This document shows positions 54,322-64,000 of a stretch of DNA of 64,000 nucleotides, piece by piece. The DNA lies in assembly GCA_004431415.1 (NCBI GenBank), contig QPMI01000416.1:817086-881085 (forward strand), read 5' to 3'. Position numbers and translations under genes: made by a program. The notes below the pieces were generated by a model. It ran no database searches and was not told the origin of the DNA. It saw nothing but the letters and a program-made list of their open reading frames with translations. Origin of the DNA: Cyanophora paradoxa CCMP329 (taxonomy: Eukaryota > Plantae > Glaucophyta). Each line of letters opens with the position of its first letter. Position 1 is the stretch's first letter.

Positions 54322-56230
54322 ATGGGCTTCGTTGACGTCGTTACAATCGACGATGACGATGCAGAGTGGCTCGATGTGTCTGCTTGGAAGCCACCCCCAC
54401 GAGCGGCGCCGGCAGCAGCTCGACCGAGCGATCCACCAGCACCAAAACTCGACAAGCCGGCACCCCCCTCTGCCACTCCCGCCACCCTTATGCCAAATAA
54501 GGCGTCGACCGCGGCGCCACCTCCCCAGCCTGCCCCCTCGGCATCGGGCGCTCGGCCGCGCGAGACCATCGCCGCGGCGCCCGTGCCGCATCAACCTGCG
54601 GAAGCGCAACGTGCGTATGCCAACTCAGAAAGACTAGTGCCCGCATTTCTGAAGCGCTTCCGGACTGATTCGAGCGCTCCGCAGAAGTCCGGCAAAAGAA
54701 GAACGCGAAGGAGCGAGCGGAGGAGAAGCATTTGGAGGCAGCCCTGCGTTTGTCCGCTGCGGAGAAGGGGATTGATCCTTCCAGCGTCGTTCCAGCGTCG
54801 CTCGCACCTGCCGCGCCGATGCCGGACGGTCTGGAGCCGAAGAAGCGCCCGCGCCAGACGAAGGCGAAGGTGCAACATTCCACGCGCGCTCCGACTCTCG
54901 ATTCCAAGCTAAATGCGCAAATGCGCAGAGCGATGACGCCCCGTCACCCGCGCAAGCGGTCGCAGCATCCTCCGCAGCGGCACCTGCTGCGAAACCTGCG
55001 CAGAAGCCTCCCGGCGCCATTCCGGTGCCAGGCGCTGTCGTGGTGATGCCCAGCGCCATTCCCGTCGTTCCTCGCGCGACGTCGGCGGCGGCGGGGGCGG
55101 CGGCTCCGATCTCGGCGCCAGGGGCGGTCCCCGTCCGGCCCACCTCCGCCGGAACCGTTCCCGGCGCGGTTCCCGCACCCAAGAGCGGTTCGGCCGCTGT
55201 GTCTACCGCACCTTCTGTGGCTGGGCGCCCTCCCGGCCCACCCGTCCCCATTTCCGCTGCAGGCCCGCTACCCGTTATCGGGGGCGCGGGTCCGACCCCC
55301 GGCGGCCCCGCGGCATCGAAGGCGGCGGTCCCTGCAGGTCCCGAGGCGCTCGCGGAGCCCAAGCCCGTCGCCTCCGGCCCGCCGAAGGCCACCCCACAGG
55401 CCCCCGCCCCCCCGAAGGCCGCTGCCGCCCCCGCAGCTCCGGCGTCAGCCCCCGTGCCTGTTCCGGCTTCCAACTCGGCGCCAGCCCCCGCGGCCGCCCA
55501 GGTACCGGCCGCTGCCGCCCAAGTGACAGCGCCGAAGGCCAAGCCCGAGCCGAAGAAGCGCGGGCGGGTGGCGAAGCAGCCGGCGGCGGAATCGCCCGCA
55601 GCAGAGCCGGCGGCCGCCGCCCCGCTCGCGCAGTCTGCCGCCGCCGCCGCCGCCCCCGTGCCGATCGCAGGCCCTGCCCCTGCCGCGCCGGCCGCGGCTC
55701 CGGCGCCGGCTTCGTCGTCGGCGAAGGGGAAGGCGCCGGAGAAGGAGAACGCGCCGCCGGTGGCCGGCCCCTCGACCTTGAAGGCGGCCGGCCCGGCCAA
55801 GCGGGCGCCCCCCGAGCGGCCCGCCCCGCAGCCAAAGCGCGCCCGGCCGGCCAAGGACGAGGAGGAGGAGGAGGAGGGCGCCGGGAGCGGCGACGACGGG
55901 GAGGAGGGCGGGAGCGGCGGGGAGGAGGAGGAGGGCGGGGGCGGGGGGAAGGGGAAGGGGCCGGGGAAGAAGTGGCAGCCGCGGAAGAAGAAGAGCATGG
56001 CGGTCATCAACGTCGCCTTCCGCCCCGGCCGTGCGCCCGCCCCGCCTGCCCCGCCCCCTCTCCCCGCCCCGCCCCTCTCCTCACGCGCCGCGCGCCCCGC
56101 AGAGGTCAAGACCAAGTTCCTCGCCGGCGGCGCCGGCGGCATCAAGATCCCCAGCCAGTTCCACGGCGCACTCTGCGCCGGCCTCTCCCGCTCGCGGCCC
56201 TCCAAGCCCCTCCACCCCCCGAAGAAGTGA
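54322..56230 (+). CDS. Pro/Ala-rich hypothetical protein with a possible UIM
   Basis: Long low-complexity ORF; EEKHLEAALRLSAAE resembles a UIM; basic KKWQPRKKK segment. Confidence 0.45.
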
Positions 56231-56418
56231 TTCCGCATCCAATGCAGTGCCGTGCCGCGATGCCGCGGTGCTGAATCTGTCTGAACCTCTCAACTCTAAC
56301 CAATACACAACAGTTCCTACTTGTAAATATGCGGGGCCCCGCGGCAACAGGGCGAGCGCGAAGGCCTAGAGGCTCGTCGGGCGCGCGGAACACTGGACGG
56401 TCGAGCAGGTGGGGGGGA

Positions 56419-58735
56419 TCAAAGGGCGGCGGGGGCGTGGGCGGCGGGGTCGGGCCGCAGCACGGTGACGGTGACGGAGGCGGCAGGGTCGGGGCCGGGC
56501 CCGCCCTTGCGCGGCCCGAGGGGGATGCGCCGCACGGCCGGCTTGCCTGGGGTGGCGGGGCCCTCGGCACCGGCGCTGGCGGCGGCGGCGGCGAGGCGGA
56601 GCGGGGTGGAGGAGGGGGACGGGGGCCCCCCAGGGCGGGCGGACCCCGAGGAGCGGGTCGTCGGCAGCGTGCGCGACGGGTGGCCCGTCGCGAGCGGCGA
56701 GTCGGGCGCCCCGGCCGAGAGGACGTTGCCGCCGGGGGAGAGGACGACGGAGGCGGGGGCGGGCGGGGCGAAGTGCTTGAGGGCGGTCTGCGCGCGCTGC
56801 TTGTGCTGCCGGATGCGCATGTCCTGCATCTCGTCCTCCATGTCCGCGACGAGCTCCGCCAGGCGGCCCCGCTCGGCGCGCGCCTCGACCAGCTCCGCCC
56901 GCATCTCGTCGTAGTCGGAGCGGGCGAGCAGCGCGCGCTGCAGCGACTGCAGCTGCTCCCGCGCCCGCCGCTCCCGCTCCTCCGCCTCCCGCTGCGCCCC
57001 CAGCGCCGTCGCCAGCTGCGCCCGCGCCACCTCCTGCCCCGCCGCCGTGAGCGCGGCGGCGGGGCGGGGCGGGGGCGGCGCACGGCGTCGGCGCGGGCGG
57101 AGGCCATGTCGCGGGCGAGGCGGTCCCGCTCCGCCTCCAGCGCCCCGCAGCGCCCCGCCGCCGCCACCGCCTCCTCCCGCGCCCGCTGCGCCTCCGCCCG
57201 CAGCGCGCGCGCCTCCTCTGCCGCCCGCGCCTGCGCGGGGATGAGAGGGCGGGGCAGGGGCGGGGCGGGCGGCGCGTGCGTCGGGGCGGGGGAGGTCGCG
57301 CTCGAGGGCGGCCTGCTGGAGCTGCGCCTGCAGCAGCTGCACCTGCGCGCGCAGGCGGCTCCCCTCCCGCAGCGCCGCCTGCAGCGCCGCCTCCGTCACG
57401 CTCGGCACGCCGGCGGGGCCGACGAGGAGGCCGCCGAGGCCGCCGACGAGCGCAGGTCCGCCAGCGTCGCGAAGGGGTTCGAGCCGGGGACGGCCCCCGC
57501 CGGCGGGGGCGGCTGCGGCGAGGCCGCGCGCCCCGCCGCGGGGGCCGGCGAGAGGAGCGTCGAGGAGGCGGGGCCGGCGCCCGGCGCCGGCAGCGGCGTC
57601 GGCGGGGGCGACGGGGAGGTCACTCGACGCGCGGCGTTGAGGGCGGCGGGGGCGATGGCGGGGGCGGCGGGGCGGGGCGGGGTCGGGGGCTGCGAGGCGC
57701 GCCCCGGGGCTCGAGCTGGCGGGTGGGCGAGGCGACGCGCTCGGCGAGGGCGGCGAGGGCAGCCTGGCGGGCGGCCGCCGAGGGGAGGGCGATGGGGACG
57801 GCGACGGCGGGGCTCAGGGAGGCGGCCGCCGCGGCGTGGGCGGAGGAGGCGGGGAAGGGAGGGGCCCCGATGGAGCGCGAGGAGGCGGTCTGGGCAGCGG
57901 AGGGCGGGGGGAGAGGGTGCGCGAGGAGGGGAGGGATGTGTCCGGGGAGAACGGCCGGGCCGCCCCTCGTCGTCCAGCGACGGGAAGCCGTCCATGTCCC
58001 GCGGCACGCTCGAGCCCCGCCGCCCGCTCGCCGCCGCCGCCGCCCCCGCCCCTGCCCCGGCCGCCCCGGCGCGCCGGCGCCGGCAAACTCGCTGCGGCGA
58101 CGTGCGGGCCGCGGGGCGGTAGAGGGCGCAGCGGGGACGGCGGCGGCGGGCGCCTCGGGCCCGCCGAGGTAGAGGAAGGGGGCGCCCGGGTCGCCGCCGG
58201 CCCCGGTCCCAATGGACTGCCGGATGCGCAGGTACGCCGACTTCAGGAAGCCGCGCTTCGCCGCCCCCGGCGCCTCCCGCCCCGCCGGCCCCGCCCCCCA
58301 CGCCGCCCCGGCCGCCGTCGGCGCCGTGGCGGCAGCTCCCTGCGGCGGCGCCACCCCCAGCTTTGCCCTCGCCTCCTCGACCTGCGGCTCCGTAGCCTCG
58401 GCGGCGGCCGGCAAGAGAGCGGCGCTGCGCGCGGCCCGCACCTGCGACGCGCTCACCCGCTCCGAGGGTGGCGTCCGCGGCGCCCCGCCAGAGGCGCTGC
58501 GCGGCGGAGGTACGCTGCCGCCGCCGCCGCTGCCGCTGCCTCCGCTGCCCGAGCGCCTCGCGGGGGCTCCGGAGTCTCCGCTTGGCGTGCTGGAGGCGCC
58601 GCCGCCCGCAGTGTACGTCCGGCTCCGCGGGGCGGTGATCTGCTGGCAGAGAGCCTGGGCGGCGGGGAGCCCATCAGCGCCCCGCAGGGCCCTCAGCCCT
58701 CATAAAGAACTTGCCTGCAACTCTTTGAAGCGCAT
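56419..58735 (-). CDS. Hypothetical low-complexity coiled-coil protein
   Basis: Heptad segments REQLQSLQRALLARSDYDEMRAELVEARAERGRLAELVADMEDEMQDMRIRQ; boundaries uncertain. Confidence 0.45.
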
Positions 58736-59413
58736 TGCAAGCTGACGCGTTCTTTCATCGCGATACGGCACATCTGGGTCTGGGAAGCGTGCGGCTCCAG
58801 CTGCGCGGCGTCGGCGCGGTTAGAGACGCAGTCTCTCGTGCTCAAAGAATGTATCGAGAAGCTAGACATCAGGCGACAGGGCATGAGAGTGCCTGGGAGG
58901 CGCACCGGCCGCAGGCTCCGCATCTCGGGCCTCGCGAACTCCGGCCAGATCTATTCTCCCCGGGCTCAGGGCGTAGCGCTGGAGGATCGACTTCCGCTCT
59001 TCCTGGGCGGCGTAGGCGGCCGCGCTGCCCGGGACGTTCCCGTGTGAAGTAGCCGAGCCGCCAGGGAAGCCCGAGCGGCCCCGCATCCTGCTGCCGCTGC
59101 TGTCTGTGTGGAAGGTGCACTAGCTAGCAACAAAGCGCCAAGATACAGGCAGATAGAACCGAAAAGAAAGCGCAACGGCCGGCTGAACGTGACGCTGCGA
59201 ACGAAGCCATCTCTACCCCTTTTGCGAACAAGCCATATCGCGTGCGCATGCCACGTGCACGGTGCGTGCGAGGTCTCTGAAATACGATTTCCGGCATACT
59301 TTGAATGCATATGCTCACTAGAACAAAGAGGAAGCGTCTAGATCTTCCCGCATGCGAGGGCGCAGCTGGCCGGGGCGGGGCGGGCGGGATGAGAGGCTGA
59401 GGCCTTGGGCGGG

Positions 59414-62226
59414 TCAGCCCTGGAGGCGGAGGCGGAGGCGGTCCATGAAGCCGAGCTCGGGGGCGGCGGGGCGGGGCGGGGCGGCCCCGAGCGAGTCCTC
59501 GCTGTGCGCCGAGTCGAGCGAGGGGCGGCGCCGCGCTGGCCCGCTGCTGCTCTCCGCCCCCGGCGGGAGCAGGGGCGCCAGCGGCTGCTCCCCTCCGAAG
59601 GTCCCCATCAGGCCCGGCGGGGGCGGGGGCGGCGCGTCGGGGCCCTCCTGCGCCACCCCGGGGGCCGCCGAGCGCCAGCGCCCGAGCGGGGCGTGCGCGG
59701 GGCCCGGGGCGGGGGGCGGGGCGGGGCGCGGCGGTGTCGCGGAGGGAGTTGTTGGCGGAAGAGGAGGAGGCGGAGGAGCGGGGCGAGGGCGGCGGGAAGG
59801 AGAGGGAGGAGACGGGGCCGGCCGAGCGCTCCGCCGGCCGGTGCGGCGCCTCCCCGCGCGGCGACGCCGGCGCCGACCCGTCCGGCGTCCGCGTCCGCAC
59901 GAAGGGCAGCTGCGCGCGCGGCGTGAGCGCCGGCGAGGGCGGCGGGGGCGGCGGGGGCGGGGCGGGGGCGGACGTGGAGGGGGATGCTTTGGAGCTGCTC
60001 GTGGATGTGGCCGGGGAGCTGCTGGAGCTGGCCGGGGAGCTGCTTGATGTGCGTCTGGAGGATCTGGCGCTGGGCCTCCATGTTCCGCGCCGCCTCCTCG
60101 AACACCGTCTTCGCCGCCACGTTCGCCCGGTTCGCCTGCCCCCGCCCCGCCCCCGCTCGCCCCCCGCCCCCCCGCCCCGGCCCAGCCCAGAGGCGCGCGG
60201 GCGCACGACGAAGGAGATGTTGGCCTGGATGTCCTCCGCCGTCTCCCGCGGGTTCACTGCACCCCGCCCCTCCCTCAGCCCCGCTGCGCCGGCCGGCGCG
60301 ACGCGCCCCGCACCCGTGTCGAGGAAGGCCTGCAGGAAGGTGCGCCGCCCCTTCTTCCCCTGCCCGCCCCTGTACACCTGCCCCGCGCGAGGGCCGTGGG
60401 CCAGGGGGCGCCGGCGCGAGGCAGCGCGGGCGGGCGGACCCGCCAGGTGAAGGCGGGGATGTGGAGGATGGAGGCGACGACCATCTCGAAGGTCATGAGG
60501 AAGTTCTGCGCCCCGCGGCGCCTCAGCCGGGCGCCGAGGAGGGCGGGGCGGGGCGCGGGGCGGGGGCGGGCCTGGAGGCCATTGCCGACGTCGTCGGAGG
60601 ACCAGAACTCGCTGTCGGGGATCGCCCGCGCCGCCTGAACGCCACGCCGCCTCAGCGCGGGGCGGCGCCAGGGGCGGGGGGGGCGGGGCGCGCGTGGAGG
60701 ATGGTGATGGCGACGGACTGCCAGAAGGAGAAGAAGATGACGAACTTGATCGCCATCAGCTGCCAGAACGGACTGTACGGCGCCAGGTCCTGCGCAACGC
60801 TCGCCCGCCTCGCCAGGCGGGGGCCGGGACGGGAGGGGGGTACGCGCCTTCTCGGCGGTGAGGTAGAAGGTGAGGAGGGCGTACATGGCAACCGTGACGG
60901 AGAGGAAGTTCACCACCGACGTGTACAGGTACCCGTGCGTCGGCCCTGGGGGGGGGGGTACGGGATGAGCTCGGCCGCGCCGGGCGGAGCCGAGCCGGGG
61001 TGCGGACCCCAGAGCCCAGGACAGTAGACGCCCATGGCCTGCAGGGCCCGGTCGGGCGGAACGAGAGAGGGGCGGGGCGGGCAGCGCGCACGTGCATCGT
61101 CATGGCGGCGATCTGAGGGTGACAATGGAGCCACGGGTCAGGCTTGCGGAGCGGGCGCAGGGGGGCGGGACAGGGGGCGGGAAGGCAGGGCGCACGGTCA
61201 TGAGGGGCCTGCAGATGGAGCGGGCGACGGCTTAAGGGGGGGCGGGGGCGGGAGGGAGGGGGCGGGGCGCAGCGCACCGGATGACGGCGTACTGGAGGAC
61301 GCCCTGCCGGAGCCAGATGAGGTGCTCGCTGCCGCGTCCCATCAGCCCCGCCACCGGCAGAGGCGAACTGGGCCTGGGCGGCTGAGGCGGCGGGGCGAAC
61401 TGGGACTGGGGGAAGCGCATCCATCCGAAGGGGAAGGGGATGACCAGAGGCTTCGTGTAGAAGATCTGAGAGAGGGAAAAGCTCAGCGGTGGAAAACTCA
61501 GGAGGGGAGAGGCCGGGGCCGGAGCAGGCGGCGCGGGCAGCGGGGCGGACCTTCTTCGTAGTGTCCTCGCCCCCAAGGTAGTACATCATCAGCTTGAAGA
61601 ACTGACAGGGCAGAGTCGGCGACCGCTGCGGAGTCGGCGGCTGCGGCGCGCCGGCGGCAGGAAGCGCACCTCGTAGATGACGAAGGCCTCGTAGCAGTCG
61701 CGGCCGACGTCGAAGAAGACCTGCAGCGGCGAGGCGAACGGCCTCGGCCGCGGCGGGCGGCTGGCGCTGGCGGCGGTACGCGGCACGAACCGAGTAGCGG
61801 TAGAAACGGAAGGAAAGCCACGAGACGACGGCGTAGATGGGGCACATCCAGAGGATTCGCACCACGTATCGCTGCAGCCTGCCGACGGCCGCCGTAAGAC
61901 GAGCGACGACGAGCGACGGAGCCACAAAGTCGCCAGGTCACGCTTCTCGCAACGAACGGCCGGGCGCACCCAGGCACGGAGTAGTGACGAAGGTGCTGCA
62001 CGATGAGGTAGAACGACAGGAGGCAGGCCAGCAGCATAAAGCAGAATGAGATCAACCACGCCCCTGCAGCGCGCCAGTGAGGCGGGCGGCGGCCAGGGTG
62101 GCGGCCGAACTCACACTGGTGCAGGTTCATGTTCGTAATGTCGAATGGACGCAGGTCCGCCGGGTGTTCCAATGCCCAGGGTGGCACGCACACGTTGTGA
62201 GCATATTGTGCAGCTGGCGAAGCCAT
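59414..62226 (-). CDS. TMEM184/OST-alpha (LAZ1-like) transporter
   Basis: IVQHLRHY, QRYVVRILWMCPIYAVVSWLS, RDCYEAFVIY, GVLQY, AMYALLTFY, IKFVIFFSFWQ, QNFLMTFEM. Confidence 0.9.
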
Positions 62227-62366
62227 CCGGCGGATGATCGGCTGGCCAGCTTCGAAATCGCGTGTACCCCCGCACCAGCTTTTTAAAATAAAATTTCGGC
62301 GCGACACGCTCGATCTCAATTTGCGAAATGAAACCCGCAGAATTCGAATCTAACTAACAGCTCTCT

Positions 62367-63084
62367 CTAGGAGCTCTTTGGGGCGGCGGCGGCGTCCTCG
62401 GCAGCGCGGGTGGCCGGGGCGGGGTCCAGGGGCTTGGTGGCCTTGACGGGCGGGGCCTCCACGTCGGCCGCCGTCTCCGGGGCCGCCGCCGGCTGCGCAT
62501 CCATCCGATAAGATCGGCGGGCGGGCGGGCGGGCGGGCGGGCGGGGCGGGGCGGACCACGAGGGGCACGGCGGCGCCGACAGGCTCGGCGGCCGAGGGCG
62601 GCCGCGGGCTGAGGTGCATCTTGCCGACGACGGTCCCAGCCGCGGCCGCGCCGACGGCGCTGACGGCCCCGGCGGCGCCGGTCGCGGCGGTGCCAACTGC
62701 GCCGGCCTGCAGGGCGGGAGGGGCGCGGTCGGGCGAGGGAAAGAGAAAAGGGCCGGGCGACGCGCACGAGCTCGCCGGCGAGCTTCTTCATCTCCTGGAC
62801 GGGCGTCTGCGGCGGCGGGCGGCTCGGGGCGAGCGGGGCGGGGCGCGGGGTGCAGGGGCAGGGGCAGCGGGGCGGGGCGGGCCTGGGAGATGCGGCGGCG
62901 GCGGGAGACGAAGGCGAGGCCGACGCCGGAGTCCTGCTCGATGGAGGCGAGGACGCTGGCGCAGTCCTCCTCGCTCATGACGTGCACCTCCCCGTCCAGC
63001 CGCGTCTTCTCCTGCCGCAGCAGCTCCCGCACCTCCCTGGCCCCGCCACCCCGTCAGCCCCCGCGCCCCCGCCCCGCGCGGGCG

Positions 63085-63125
<41 letters not shown>

Positions 63126-64000
63126 CGGGGCGCGCGCACGACTCGAGCTCGGCCTGGGACTCGATGAGGGGCCTGAGCGCGGCCGGCGTCAGCGGCGAGT
63201 GGGGATGGGCTGCGAGTGGGCGGGGCGGCGCGCAGGTCGTTGTCGTCGTCGCCGAAGGGGTCCTCGATCTCGTAGCTCGTGTTCTTCAGCCCGTACAGCA
63301 CGAACGAGAAGAAGAACATCTGCCCGCGGGGTCACGCCCGCGTGCGCCCCGCGCTCCCTCCCCCGCGTGCGCGCACGATGATCGGCATCGCGTAAGGCTC
63401 TGCCGTGGGGGAGGGTGAGGGGAGGGCGGGTGCGGCGGCGGCGGGGCGCGGCACCCTTCTCGCTCTTCCAGATGGGGATGAAGACGAAGGGGAGGGTGAC
63501 GGTGAAGACGAAGAGGCCGACCTCCAGCGCCTGCGTGAACGCGATCGGCACTGCCGGCCCCCGCCGTCAGACCCTTCTCGCCCCGCCCGGGCGCGCGCCG
63601 CACCCGGGGTGGCCATGATGCTGCCGGCGGGGCTCCGGGGTGAGGCGGGCGGGGCGGGGGGCGGGCGGGGCGGGGGCCGGGCGGGGCGGGGGCACCGCTG
63701 CATGGAGGCGGCGTGGTTCTGCATGCCGTTGAGGGACTGGATGGTGAGCTGGAGGTGCGGCTGCTTGAGCATCCCCGCGTCCTCCGCCCGCCCGATCGCC
63801 TCCCGCATGTAGCTCCCCAGCACCGTGCTCCGCGGCCGCGGGCCCTTCTTCAGCAGCTCCTGCGCTCCCCCCGCCCCCCGTCGGGCCTCTCCTGGGTGCG
63901 CGGCGGGGCGGGGCGGGGCGGGGGGGTACCCGCTCCTCGTCGATGAGGAAGTCGCGGAGGTACGTGAAGTTCTCCGCCGAGCCCTGCCCGCCGCCTCAGG
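62367..64000 (-). CDS. Bestrophin-like (UPF0187/VCCN-type) channel, 5' part outside the window
   Basis: MQR/IMATP/VPIAFTQAL..FVFTVTLPF, LYGLKNTSYEIEDPFGDDDNDL/PL. Confidence 0.85.
63087..63125 (+). repeat. Intronic poly-G homopolymer (about 39 nt)
   Basis: Uninterrupted G run. Confidence 0.8.

Noticed and set aside
1-64000. Hundreds of long Arg/Pro/Gly/Ala-rich ORFs on both strands suggesting overlapping genes
   Set aside because: Extreme GC content suppresses stop codons; conserved motifs change frame exactly at GY..AG-bounded segments, which indicates introns

Overview
Gene-dense, very GC-rich eukaryotic nuclear DNA with many short spliceosomal introns, so most long ORFs in the supplied track are artefacts. 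Several genes start with MAF/MAY/MATF presequences typical of glaucophyte and red-algal plastid transit peptides; a glaucophyte such as Cyanophora is my inference, not a certainty. I reconstructed about 21 intron-split genes by eye: DEAD-box helicase, DUF1772, PP6 phosphatase, RING plus Toc34/AIG1-type GTPase, a multi-PHD/HARE-HTH/ADD chromatin reader, SirB1-like, Abitram, SET methyltransferase, F-box, ARM repeat, DDT/WHIM, thioredoxin, cullin, a 2OG-oxygenase-like protein, GBP, TMEM184, bestrophin and several unknowns. A rearranged block at about 6.9-12.2 kb holds duplicated, inverted and chimeric copies of the helicase and PP6. Two nested TSD-flanked retroposons lie at 0.64-0.98 kb. The main highlights are: (1) introns dominated by GC-AG boundaries with GCGCGC/GCCCGC donors and C-rich-to-G-rich polarity; (2) a RING E3 finger fused to a TOC-like GTPase; (3) a cullin that is CUL1-like in its N-half and CUL4-like in its C-half; (4) an unnamed domain repeated three times after PHD fingers; (5) evidence for a mutational process that creates short palindromes. 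Exon boundaries are manual and approximate, and family calls come from remembered motifs, not database searches.
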